Assembly: GCA_951406725.2 (NCBI GenBank)
Contig: OX597827.1
Span: 57,908,001-57,972,000, forward strand
Length of the DNA: 64,000 nucleotides
Reading direction: 5' to 3'
From: Octopus vulgaris
Taxonomy: Eukaryota
Shown in pieces: positions 26,491-40,179 of this stretch. Under the pieces are notes generated by a model. It was not told the origin of the DNA and did no database searches. It was given only the letters and a program-made list of their open reading frames with translations. The translations under genes and the position numbers were made by a program. Every line of letters begins with the position of its first letter. The first letter of the stretch is position 1.

Positions 26491-27784
26491 GTTGTTGTTG
26501 TTTCTATTATTATTATTATTATTCAGGTAAGATATCCATAAGACGTGTAGATTAAGGGAGATTGGGAAGAAAAAAAGCTATTATCTAAGAATATTGATCC
26601 TTGCATTCAAAATTGTGTCCCACATTTGCCAACATATTTAGTTGTTTAAGGCATGTTTTTAGTTGCCTACACCTCATTTATTTTGAAGCCATTATTATAA
26701 CTGGGAAGTAATATACTCTACCATATAACTGATATGATGCCAGCCAAAACTTCAATGTAACACATAACGTAATGGAAATGGTGCATGTTACATAATAAAA
26801 TGTATCACATATAAAACAGTGTGTAATAAAACACCTAAACAAAAACGAAATGAGATTGAATGAAAATGATTTGCCTAAACTTTTCAATGGTAGATATCTC
26901 TTCATTTCAAAATGTATCTTTTTTAGCGAAATTTCATACAGAGCATCGAAAAAAGCAATGCGATGAGCAAATAAATTGCACATTAAGAACATTTAGAAAT
27001 TTGTATGTGTGCTTGTATGTATACAGGTATTCTTAAAGATATATTTTTAACACATTTTAAATTGCTTTATACCATGTATTTCTAACTGTAGATTTTATTT
27101 TGTTGTTTTAATTTATCTGGGAAAATAATGGCATGTTTTGAAATGGGGGTGTTTTAGTCATGTGCAGCAACATAAATATTCGTTACTTTGCAAGAATGCA
27201 TATCTCATTTGAAAGATTAAAACATTGATTAATGTTATTGAAGTCCATATGTATTTTTTCAGCTGTTTATTTATTTATTTTTTTTGCCTTTTAAGACACT
27301 CGAGTTTTGTAATGGATATGGAGAAAAATATGCTAAATATGTGCTGAAAGTTGACCACAAATACCTTAAAATTGTCTGCAACATTCATTACACATGGGCT
27401 GAAAGAACTATTCCAAAACATCAATTTCAAAATTTTTGAAAAAGAAGAGATAAAGGGAAGTGCTTCTGATGCAAAATTTGAAGCCAATAGTAGAAGAAAA
27501 CCTATGAGAAAATTAATTGATCAATGGTAAAAGTTGCTTTTTTACTCCAAGTCAGTTCTGACTAAAGAATTCCTGTCAAAACCATAATATATCTATGAAT
27601 ACATCACCCAATCTGTCCTTCATCAATATAATGGTTGGGTTTGATTAGCCATAATATCAAACTTATATTTACAGTCAGAAAACAAAGTACTAAAATAAAA
27701 CAGCCCTCTATTAGAATAGTATGAGAAGTTTGAACAACAAAATCTTGAAAATGAGTGAAGCACGCTCAAAACACTGACCTAATA

Positions 27785-28008
27785 ATGGTTTCAAATGTTG
27801 GCAAAAGGCCAGCAGCTGGGGGTGTGGGGGGAGAGAAGGTAAGTCAATTACACTGACCCCAGTGCTGAACTGGTACTTATTTTATCAACCCTGAAAGGAT
27901 GAAAGGCAAAGTCAACTTTGATGGAATTTGAACTCAGAATGTATAGATGGATGAAATGCTGCCTAGCAGTTTGCTAGGCGTGCTAACGATTTTGCCAGCT
28001 TGCCACCT
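27785..28008 (-). mobile_element. tRNA-derived SINE
   Basis: Full-length family match. Confidence 0.85.
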
Positions 28009-29874
28009 GAAATGGACTTAATATTGGACAGTAGAAATCAGCAAAATTAGTAAATCAGAAACTAATTTTAAAAAGTTATTAAAGTAGCAGCACTTTTGAT
28101 GCCACTTGCTCGAAAGAAGACTAACTACACACACATACACACAATAATATGACCATTAAAAATACATAGACTGTACTGGAGTACCAAACAGAAGAGAGGA
28201 AGCTATAATGAACAAAAATATAAAAATATAACATTGAAATTAAATGAAAAACATGCAATATTCCATAGAATTTTACCTCTATAGAGATTTCAATTACCAC
28301 AATAAGGTCTCCTCTCTGTCTGAGCCAATTTTGATAATAATGACATTTTGAGGAAAACCAAGCTGTGCTGGAAATCTTTACTGATTAAATCACGATAAAT
28401 TTATGCTGGAGCAGGAATCAGCGACCAAAGAACTTATTTACTCTTCTATTAGCTTTTAGACAGAAACCATCCTAATGAAGCATTCTACTAAGACAGTATT
28501 TTTTTGTTTATTTTTTTCAACTTTAGTGTTTAGTAAGACTTCAACATTAATGAAGTTTGTCACTTATTTGTTTATACTCACCAAAATATATACCATCATA
28601 GTATTATGGAATGTTTTAACGGTCAAAATTAAAATAAATTGATTTGGTTTTTTAAGAAGTTAATTTCAAAAACACATGGTTCTGAAGTCTATCCCACTGC
28701 ACAGCATCTTAGGTAAGTATCTTCTACTACAATCTTGGATTGATCGATACTTTACAATTGAAAATTGATAGACAGAAACTGTGCAGAAACCCGATGTGTG
28801 TGAACCTTTTGTTGATGTGAATTGAAGGAGCAAAACATCTGCAAGGATGTAAGAGAAGAAAAACGGTGTTCCACAAACAAAGTCCCTTGAAATATTAGTT
28901 CTGCATTGAGTTCTAGACATTCCTTGTTACTCTCACAGTGATCATCAACACTGTCTACACCAATTACAGTGTATATAAAATAAGTATTGCTAACAGAAAC
29001 AATATCCAGCAAAGAACTTAATAGATCCCAACCACTTGAAAAGTAAAGGCTTTTACAGCCCACAGGATATTGGCATCATAAAAGGAAAGAGCTGCTAGCA
29101 ACTATAAAGAACTATAGAGACATACTCAAATAGTTTATCAGAAATAGAATAGCATAGTAAACTAGCATAGCACTTTGAAAGCTGACTAGTGTTTACAGAT
29201 GAGCAAGAAAGAAAGAAAGAACTTGACAGAAGACCAAAACAAAGAAACAGGAAAATAAAAATGAATACATGGATAAAAACCCACCAACAGCTGCTGTGAA
29301 CAAAGAATATATGGTTTATTACAAACCAGAAAATTGAAAATTCAGTCAACCCATGCAGGTGCAGAGAACAGCATCCTTTTACTATTCACTAAGAAAAGAG
29401 GAAAACAAACAAGGAAGAAAAAAAAGTCTTAACAGAATCTCAACTAGCTCATTAACACACTGCAATGACAAAGGGGGAAAAGACGATTTTTAAAGATACT
29501 AACCATAGACAAATTGGCTGTCAACAATGATTCCTGTCATACTGCTGAAGATAATTAAAACAGAACCAAGTAAAGACAAGTACTTTGTGCTTAAGATGAT
29601 CGTTTTCGGGGGAAGCCCATATGGCCTACTTCAGACTTGTGTGTTTGGAGTAGGCTAATGCACTCATAAAACATTGTCTCATAACAGCTATGTTATAGGG
29701 TTCAAATATATTCATACCACACACACATATATAACCTGTACAATTATATTATAATTATATATAACTATGGTGGTTGTTATACCATTATGTAAGAATTACT
29801 GAAACAGCAACAGGAATGGAATAACTGAAATATTCCATTTTCTGTTATTCTTTCAGATGTATGTATATACTTAA

Positions 29875-29880
29875 ATATGC

Positions 29881-29931
<51 letters not shown>

Positions 29932-30161
29932 TGCATGTGTGTATATATATATGTATATATACATATATGCATGTGTGTATATATATATGTATATATACAT
30001 ATATGCATGTATATATATATACATATATGCATGTGTGTATATATATATGTATATATACATATATGCATGTATATATATATACATATATGCATGTGTGTAT
30101 ATATATATGTATATATACATATATGCATGTATATATATATATATACATATATGCATGTGTG

Positions 30162-30215
<54 letters not shown>

Positions 30216-30770
30216 TGTATATACATGTATATATATATATATATATGCATGTATATACATATATACATATACATATATATGTACATATATACATATACAT
30301 ATATATGTACATATATACATATACATATATATGTACATATATACATATACATATATATGTACATATATACATATACATATATATGTACATATATACATAT
30401 ACATATATATGTACATATATACATATACATATAAAAGTACATATATACATATACATATATATGTACATATATACATATATATGTACATATATACATATAT
30501 ATGTACATATATATGTACATATAATATACATATATATGTACATATATACATATATATGTATATCTATATATATGTATGTATATATATATATGCATGTATA
30601 TACATATATATATATGTATGTATGTATATGTATGTATGTATATGTATGTATATATATGTATGTATGTATATATATATATAAATATATATATAAATATATA
30701 CACACACATACCCAAACACATATATATACACAAAATATACACATACTTATGAACACACACGTTTATATAC
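29875..30770. repeat. Alternating purine-pyrimidine satellite with 60-bp and 26-bp higher-order units
   Basis: Lines 30001 and 30061 are identical (60-bp period); 'atatatgtacatatatacatatacat' repeats at ~30275-30480. Confidence 0.95.
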
Positions 30771-32222
30771 AATGGTAAAAGAGAATAACAAGATAACTCT
30801 GTGTGTGTATGCCCGTATGCGAAAATTATACACTAACTAGCAGAAATCTATTGGCTGTAATACTTTGTTCCAGAGATGGATGCAACAGTAAATTGCCCTG
30901 CTTGGACTCATTTGAAGATCTAATTTTCTGATAGCTCTTCCCCACTAATTAGCTTGCAATATGAATAACTATATATAATTGATTAGATACAGCTAATTTA
31001 CAGAGCACAACTGTCTGTTATGAAAACTAAAAAATAAAAAAAATAAAAAAGAAACAAAAAATTCACTAGGTTTGAAATGGCTATCTTCATGTTATTTAAC
31101 AAAGCAAGTAAACTATTGAGGTTTTATGTTGCCTTGTCTACTTAGGTTCATTTGAGAATAAAGTGTCTTATTCATCAAAACTATTGCTATTGAAAGGAAA
31201 AGGACTGTCAACACTTGTGACAGGTATGGCCAGAACTGCTGATATTGTGAGCTGCAGTTTTTTTTTTGTTGTAGTTCGCGTTCACTCCCCCACCCCTTTA
31301 TAACATTCATACATCAAAAAATGGTAATTGTATTCTAAGTAGAGCAGACATCAACATCTAATAGTAATTTTACATAGTTCATGACAGGAGGAATTAGTTA
31401 TTGATTCACAATACAATTTTTTATAATGATAAAAATCAACATTTGTAGTTATATATTTTGAGGACAATTCAATCAACTCTACTCTACTTTCTCTGCTAAT
31501 GTTCTGCTATATTTCAATGTTGGAAAATCATGAGCCACAGATATAACAATGCATTGTGGTATTTGTTTTGGCATTTTACATTCTGAGTTCAAATCCCATT
31601 AAGTTCAACTTTGCATTTTTATCTTTTTGGGATCAATAAAATAAAGAATCAGTCAAGTACTAAGGTCTGATCTAATCAACTAACTCCCTGCCTCCAAATT
31701 TCTAGCCTTGTGTCTATACTGGAAAGAAATTATTTAAGTCAAAGGAATGGTGAAATAGAGTTCTTGTCTCATTATATTCAGAATTCAAATTCTGCTGAGA
31801 CTATCCCTCTTAAAGTTGCTTGTTTGCTTACTTGCTTCATGCCCTTGCTTGATGGGGCTCATCCCAGGTTAGTGGTCATAGAGGGGTTCATTGTGTGTAA
31901 AGCAGACAAGTTCACCAGTGTTCCCTATTGATAGCAGTCCCGTGCCAGCCCCTTGCAACCTCCAAGATGGTATTGAGCCTCTAAAGATCTTCCAGTCCAC
32001 AGAGGTGTGTTAAATGAGAGTAAGGCCCTGGTAGGATGGTCTGGCAGGAGTTGGGGGACGTATCTGTACCAGTGCATGTGGCAGATACCTATGAGGTGGG
32101 ATAAAATAAATACTGACCACACATACAGGGATTCATCTAAAAGAGTATAACACTTACTTACAGGTATATTCTAACAGCAATGAGGGGGTAATTGGTGGAG
32201 AACAGAGTTCTCCATGATTTAA

Positions 32223-32423
32223 CCCATTAGCGCTTAAACTAGCCATATCCAGCCCTGTTATTCAACTGATTTTATGTGAAAACCAGCGAGATCTACAATG
32301 TCATTCTAAAAACAAATGATCATATCACTGAAATCTTGAAGCTACAAGATTATCTATAATTAATTCAAAACAGTGTGAACAAATAAACATTACATTTGGC
32401 AGAGTAATCTGAATGCTAAAGGG
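32223..32423. mobile_element. piggyBac-like MITE (CCC..GGG termini, ~200-220 bp family)
   Basis: TTAA|CCCATTAGC...GCTAAAGGG; internal homology to the 42489, 51569 and 54269 copies. Confidence 0.8.
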
Positions 32424-33168
32424 TTCTTATGTTCTATATTCAAATTCAATTAGAAACAACTTAGCATTTCATCTCTTTAGAATAAATAAAATATAAGCTA
32501 CATACAGTGGTTTCTCTTGTTATGGAAATTCTGCATTAAGTATAACCACTAATTTCAAGATATAACCAGCAATTCTACTCTGCTGGAATTTTTGGTGAAT
32601 TGTAACAATTTTAAAACTAAATTCATGATATATACATGTATAAAATTTATCTGTCTTTTTAAACTAGGTATGCACAAATGGAACAACATTAAATTAAAAT
32701 CACCATCTGTGTATCATACAAAATGTATATACATCATTTGAAGGCAGGAAGCTGTGGAATTATCTGAGATAAAATCCCTTTGTAGGCTTGTGCTAAAAAC
32801 AAAATATACTGGAGTAAGATAAACATCACTACCACAGTGGTTCATGAGAGTGACAGATGCATTTTGCCTTTCTTGAGGTTTAACAAAAACATGTCTGTTG
32901 TTCTCATGAATCACTGAGGCAATAAAGTTCATCTCACTTAGAATATATATATATATATATATATATATATTGCATTTTTATCACAGCATGTCTATGAAGA
33001 GATTTTCTCTCAGACAAAAACCATAGCATCATGACTTCTAATTGAGGATATAAATTTAGTATGAAACAGAGATGGCAATTTTAATTTAATGCCGTTTCAA
33101 TTGTGTATAATGAGTTTTTCTACAGTCCAACAAGCTTCCACAATACCAGTCAATGTATTATTTCCTGT

Positions 33169-33234
<66 letters not shown>

Positions 33235-34054
33235 CATGAATTTCATATAAGCAGGAAACAATCAAGCTTTAAGGAAGACAAATGCATCTGTCATTTATTT
33301 GAGTCAGTGCAATGATGATGTTCATCTTGCTCCGAACATATATTGTGTTTTTAACACAAGTCTATAAAGAGATTTTATATCAGACAATTCCATAACTTCA
33401 TGCCTTCTAACAGTTTATATACAATACCAGGATACACAGACAGCGATATTGTTTTATAAATATTTGATGTTATATTTTTATTGTCTGTTGCTACTGCATT
33501 ATTTTTTATTTCTCGCTGCTGCAGTTGTGATTTCTCGACTAACACCACTGCTGTATGAATTTTTTACCCATTTCTACTGCTATATATAGATTTTTCGTCT
33601 ATCATGGCCACTGCTGAAAACAAATTTCACAAGCATGTACATTATGGTGCATTACCCTTATTCATGTTGGCTGGAAATATGCCATTAAGTGAAAGTTAAA
33701 GCAGTAGTGCAAAAAAGGAGTTTTAAAGGGATTACACAGGATATTAAACTTGATGCTTTACAAAGGTTTGAAGTGATGCTTAATGTGGAATGGCCCCTGA
33801 GTGTGTAAGCCGACAATCAGACACGATGCAATGTGTCAATAAACATGATGGCCATTCAAGTAAAAGCTGTAAGTTTCTCCTGTGTCCTAATGCATTTCTC
33901 TCTTGAAACATTTATACACACACATACACACATGACAGAAGTAAATAGACACCCCATAAAACATTGTTTTATGTTTATTCTAGCTTGCAAAGATTTATAT
34001 TTTTTAATAACTGACATTTTTTATGTTTCAGGTTCTATATGTGACTATTTAATC

Positions 34055-34900
34055 ATGCCATGTTCAAAAGAAGCCTTGGAAATGTCTGAATTTCAAAGAG
34101 GCCATATGGTGGGTCATTCTTAAGGTGGACATAGTCAGCATAAAATTGCAGCAAACCTTGGGATCCCACTTTCTACAGTTAATAGAGTCATTGTGCAGTT
34201 CCCCAGAGAGTCCACATCACCACGCCCAGTGCCATCTGACAGGACCCTTCTCTTTGTTAAGAAATTGTGGAGGATAATCCTCATTGCAAGATCTATGACA
34301 TAACAGAACAAGTTGAAGTCAGTCCCAGAACAGTAGTTGGGTATCTCCACAAACTTGGTTACTATGGCAGAGCAGCAAGAAGGAAGCCACTTCTTTGACT
34401 AGCCAACATCAAGCAGAGAAAAGATTGGGCCAATGAGATGGTGGAAAGGCCACTAGCATTTTGGGACACTGTCATATTCTCTGATGAGTCCAGATTTGCT
34501 ATATTTCCTGACAGTGGTCGAGTGTGAGTCTGGAGACTCTGTGATCAAGAATTTGATGTGAAAAGGTTGCAGCCAATAATGAAGCATGGTAGTTATTCTG
34601 TGATGGTCTGGGGAGCAATTTGGAGCAATGGTTGATCAGAGCTGGTGGAGTGTGAAGGAAACATAAACTCAGATAAATATGTATCCATATTGCAGAAAGG
34701 ACTCCTTCCAATCTTCTCCAGTGGTGAAATAAATAAAGAAGACTCTTTATTTATGGAAGATGGCTAAAATGTCACACGGCTAAAATGACCCAAGATTTGT
34801 TGTAGGAGAATGGCACTAAAATGTCACACGGCTAAAATGACCCAAGATTTGTTGTAGGAGAATGGCATTAAAAAGCTTTCTTGACCAAGCCAGTCACCAG
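34055..34900 (+). pseudogene. Tc1-like DDE transposase pseudogene, 3'-truncated
   Basis: [86 protein letters not shown]. Ends before DLNPIE; 52-bp tandem duplication at 34764-34867. Confidence 0.92.
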
Positions 34901-36701
34901 CGACCTTTCAAACTGACAAAGATATATATAGTGTAATATATGTTTTTAAAATTTTTTATTTTCAGTCATAAAAATGATTGTATTATTTGATCAATTCTCA
35001 AAAATATTATGTAGAAACACATTTTAATCTATAACAGAAGTTAATCAGGAAAATAAGTTTTGTTACAGAATTCCTTTTATAATAAAGCTTTTAAGAATCC
35101 AACACTTCCCTAGTCTAGGGGATTGCTATATACAGGGTCTTATGCAGAGTCCAAAACCATATATTTACATTTTGAAACCTCCTTTAGGTCAACTTTGTAA
35201 AGTAAGTACTAAAAATACATTAAATTAAGGCAGTAGGCCTTAATTTAATACAATCTACTCTACAAAAACTGATTTCATTAAAAAAATTTTTTTTTGTTTT
35301 TGGATGCTGTTTCACATCGTTCCTGCTTTTCAGCCATGGCCATCCTGTCATTATAAATATCAACGACAATATTTTTAAGATAGCAAGGTATGATTTGAGG
35401 AAAATTTGATTACTATGTCAAGCAGGTTCAGCAACTACACAGAAGCCCCAACTCAGGTTGTTTATGTGTCATAAAGAAATTCGAGTGCAGTCAGAAAAAG
35501 AAACAGAATGAACTGATTGTTGAAATAACTTGTTATTATTAAGGTCTTGTCAAAAAGCACTACAGAATGCATCACTAAAATAGAGTTACTCACAGGGGCA
35601 TTCATATTTTTCAATGTTTTGTAATTACTCATTGCCAGTTACAGCTTGTATGAGTATTCTAAGAGGGAGAGGAAGACAGGGATAGTTAGTGAATATAAAG
35701 GTGTGTGTGTGTGTGTGTGTGTGTTTGTGTGCATAACACATGCATTTCTTCTTTTCAATGACTATTTCGGGAAGCAACATGATAAGATTGTAATATTTTC
35801 TTAGAGTTATTGCACATCAGAATGGTAATATTAGAGTGGTTTCCTGTTGTCTTCTTTCAGTAGACAGGCAATTCAAGGAATTTTCTTTACTCCAAGAAGA
35901 GTAAGGGAAGGTAAGCTACATGGTATTCATGACTTTTGCAGCAATGTAAGTTGAGTCGTTATGCAACTGGGATGCAAAACCAAAGGCTCAGCAATGGCAC
36001 CTGGTGCATGTTATATAGAGAAATTTTTTTCTTGTAGTCATAATATTGATTTTTAACTTTTGATACATTTCCACAAATTTGTAGAGACAAGGTATAGTTG
36101 ACAGAATTAACCTTAATATAAGTCTGTCATCCAGCAACATCCACAGCAGTGTATTGGTTGAGAGGATGGCCTCCCCTCAGGTCATCAGCTAGGGATCTAT
36201 TATCATCAGTCAATATTTTGCCAACACCAAAATCTAGTCTGATTTCGCATGGTTTCTACACCTGGATGCCCTTCTAAAGCCAACCACTCTGAGAGTGTAA
36301 TGGGTGCTTTGATGTGCCACTGGCATAGGTGCCATTTGCATGACACCAGTGTCTGCCACAATCATGATTTCACTTGGCTTGATGCCAAAGGTCTCGGGTC
36401 ATTTTTCATTGTCTCTGTGAGGCCCAACACTTGAAACATGCTTTTCATGTGCCACCAGCATCATCCACCTTGCCTCCATGAGGCTCAATGCTTGAAAAGT
36501 GCCTTTTATGTTCCACTGGCACAGGTGCCAGTTATGTGACACCAGTATCAGCCATGACTACGATTTCAATTGGCTTGACAGGTCTTCTCAAGCATGGTAT
36601 ATTGCTAAAGGTATTGGTCACTAGTCATTGCCTCCGTAAGGACCAATATATACTTGATGTATATACTAGGAATCCGACATATATGTTTATATGTATAAAT
36701 A

Positions 36702-36910
36702 TACAAAGGAATGCTGGAAAGTTTGTGGCTTTGGGTAAAAGAAAATACAGGTGGATCAGTTGATTTTAATTTTATTCAACATATTCCCCTCTCAGATTCA
36801 CACACTTATTGCAAGTTTTTCTAAGTATTGTAAAAGAACTCGGAAGGTTGGGCCTCGAACCAGGTCTTTTTTAATACTCTTACAGCCGGGAACTTTCCAG
36901 CATCCTTCAA
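36702..36910. mobile_element. mariner-like MITE
   Basis: Left 'tacaagggaatgctggaaagtttgtggct' matches the reverse complement of right 'agccgggaactttccagcatccttc'. Confidence 0.65.
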
Positions 36911-36928
36911 GTGTGTGTGTGTGTATTA

Positions 36929-38080
36929 CAGGCAGACCTCACTTAACATTATTTTGTTCTATCAACGTGAAAGAATGTAAAACCAATATAAAAATCCACA
37001 AAATGTATGACTATCAAACTGAATATTTGTTTTCTCTTAGCTTTCTTTGATTCTTTTGTAACTTGCTGTTTTCAATTCAGCAAAATATAAATAAATCAAA
37101 ACATACAATGATTGATTACAATAGTAGTTATCATTTTTTTTTCTCATTATTATTTAACAAGCCTTGTCTAAGATACAACTTTTGTACATCTACTGTCCAC
37201 TTTATTGAGACAACTTTATTTAAGGTACAGCAGCACTTAGATTATAAAACAGTGGAGTTATTTGAATCTCATGATGAAGAAATGTCTAATGAGGACTTTG
37301 CAGAAGATAGAACAACACTGTGCTGATGACAATGTTAAAAATGAGGAGCCAAAACCACCAAAAATTTTAGTAACTAAAAATTTGTCAGAGGCTTTCCAGT
37401 TTTACATAATGCTATGGTCATTTACACTAAACAAAACAGAAAAAGAAAAAAAAGGAAAGAAAAAGATCCTCAAAGAGAAAGACATGCAAAAGGCAAACAG
37501 ATTAATAACTGGATACAACTGCTACAAGAGATTATAACAACAGAAGTAAAATAATGCTTGACACCAAACCTCGGACATATTCTTTACATAAATCTTATTG
37601 ATTTTTATTAATCTCTCGATATTGTATTTATTGCACACAACTCATTCAGTGTTTAATTCTAGAAGTGTTTTATTCTTTATTTAGAGCAGTGATTCTCAAC
37701 TGGGTTCCATATATTTTGTTGCTAAAACTTATTTGCAATAAGTTGGCTATATTTTTACAATACATAAAATACTTTAATTGTTTCCATACAATTCCTAATA
37801 GTATTTAATTATAAAAATATAAAAGGATTTTTTAAACATCAAATGGCTATGAGGATCTATCTGAGTAAAATAGGGATCAAAATGGGTCCACAGGCAAATA
37901 ATGGTTGAGAACCACTGATTTAGAGTCTTTATTAAGTGTCTTAGTCACTAGGAATACACCAGAGGAATGTAATTCTTGTGTATATCATCAAACCAATGGT
38001 AAAATTTGTTTCACATTATGTTGTTTCTCTTAAAGTAGTATTTCACAAAGATCTATCAAAAATGTAAGTAAAGACTACTG
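36929..38080 (+). mobile_element. Tigger/pogo-like non-autonomous element with a transposase C-terminal remnant
   Basis: TA|CAGGCAGACCTCACTTAAC ... GTAAGTAAAGACTACTG; VELFESHDEEMSNEDFAE/...TKNLSEAF resembles the Tigger acidic tail. Confidence 0.6.
37687..37917. mobile_element. hAT (Charlie-type) MITE nested in the Tigger-like element
   Basis: TIRs CAGTGATTCTCAAC / GTTGAGAACCACTG; perfect 8-bp TSD ATTTAGAG on both sides. Confidence 0.92.
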
Positions 38081-39769
38081 TGTGCAAGTGTGTGTGCATG
38101 TGTGTACATAAAAGTATTTGCATAAATACATATATGTACACACACACACACATGTGCATATGTTCCTCTGACTCATATTTTTCTGATACCCCCACCTTAC
38201 CTTGATTCACCATACCCTAACTCATCTCTAACCATCCCTTGCCCTTCCCATACACTCTTGCAATCTCTACTCATCCACCCTTACTTTTCTTCTATCCCCA
38301 CTCTCAGTTATATTCATCTTTGTTGTACCTTGAAGGCACAGTTTGACACCTTGTCACCACCATCTTTATCTCTTCTGCCTGCTCCATCCTAATTACTCCC
38401 AGCCACTTATATAATGTGAGGTAGTCATATATCACTTCTATGGCAAGAAACGTCTTCCTGCCCCTTCTTTCATACTTTAACCTCTCACCACTTAGCATAA
38501 GATCGCTTCCCTCTCTGTTGTATAATACCACTCGGTTGAAAAGGATCTTAATTTTACAAACTAGGTGGTGACTTCACCAGTGCTGGAGCCACCGAAAAAG
38601 CACCCAGTACACTCTGTAACTCAGTCAGGTCAAGGATCTCATCAAAGGCTGATGAGACCTGCTACAGGTACCATGTGAACCAGTACTACCTGTTCCACGA
38701 TTGGGTAGTCGGTGACTAAACTAGCTCCCCCACTTGAGTAGCTTGCTACTCTTGTGAGGAGGGTGTCTGGACAACCAGCAGGACTAAAATCAAGACCTGT
38801 CAATGGGTGAGGGAACTCCTTGTGGGCCAATGGTTATCCAGTTGGGGAAGGCAATGGTAAACCACCTCAATATCTCTGTTCTGATTTTCTCAGTGTTTTC
38901 TTGGCAAAGTAATGCTATGGCTTCATCCAATGGGAGAACTTAGACTTAATCAGGAAGACTTTTGTTATTGTGACATTAATGCATTGCAAAAGTGAACAAT
39001 AAATGCATGACAATGACAACACTCTAAAGTGGTTGGCATTAGGAAGGGTATCCAGCCACAGAAACCATTCCAAAGCAGATATTGGTGCACAACAGAGTCC
39101 TCTGACTTGTTGAGGCATCCAACCCATGCCAGCATGGAAGATAAACATTAAATGATTATGTGCACACGCACACAAATGTTGGTTCTTTCAAGGCTTTGGA
39201 CAGCTCAGGGCTGTTGCGGAATATATTTGCTCAAAGTGCCATGCAGTGGAACTAAACTAGAAACCATGCTGTCAGGAAGCAAACTTGCTAACTACCCAGT
39301 CATACCTGTGTGTGTGTGTGTATGCATATCTCCAAATTGGGAAATGATTGCTTAACTCACAGTATACTGCTAGCCCTTCCTCCCACCTACTTTCACACCA
39401 GTCACCTTCTTCCCCATTTTTTTTTCTCTCTTCTCTCTTTCTTTTAGTTACTCACACCATCTCTATCAACTCACACTCTCTAAATCTCTCATTCACAGCA
39501 GTAACCTTGCCTACTACCTGTCATTTCTTCATCAGCTGTCTATAAACAATTCAAACAACCAGTCAACAGCAGCAAAGAAACTAAACCTAGCTGTGTATGT
39601 GCGTGTGCACATGTGCACATTTGTGCATATATATATATATATATATATACATACACACGCATACATAAAGCACAAAAAGACAGATACATAGATATGTAAA
39701 GAGAAAGATGTAGGTGATAACTATATCCTTTACTCTTTCCTATCACAGACAGCAGTAAATCTATCTACA

Positions 39770-40102
39770 CACAGAGGCACAGGTGTGGTTATATAAGTGG
39801 TAAGAAGTTTGCTTCTCAACCACTTAGTTCCAGGTTCAGTTCCACTGAGTGCACCTTGGCAAGTAAGTATTTTCTACTATAGCTCTGGCCCAGTGGTAGA
39901 TAGAGGCTGAAAGAAGCCCATCGTGTGCATGAGTGTGTATGTCTTTGTGTTGGTGTTTGCTCCCACCACCCCATGACAACCTGTAACTTAATGGTTCAAC
40001 AAAATGAGACAGATTAAGTAGCAGGCTTGAAAATGAATGATTACTGGGGTTGATTTGGTTTACTAAACCCTTCAAGACTGTGCCCCAGCATGGTCACAGT
40101 CC
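39770..40102 (+). mobile_element. tRNA-derived CORE-type SINE
   Basis: 'ggtaagaagtttgcttctcaaccac..caggttcagttccactgagtgcaccttggcaagta..ctactatagc'; reverse homolog at 41120-41525. Confidence 0.7.
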
Positions 40103-40179
40103 AATGACTGAAACAAGTAAAAGTATGTATGTGTGTGTGTGTGTGTATATGTAAATGTATGATGTCCCTCAAGTACAAA

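Noticed and set aside
29505-29660. Minus-strand 41-nt exon-like segment and a small hairpin (gcctactt...gagtaggc)
   Set aside because: In-frame stop and phase incompatible with the flanking phase-0 exons; the hairpin is too short to be meaningful
29777-30778. Six overlapping ORFs of 185-331 aa
   Set aside because: Same satellite artefact
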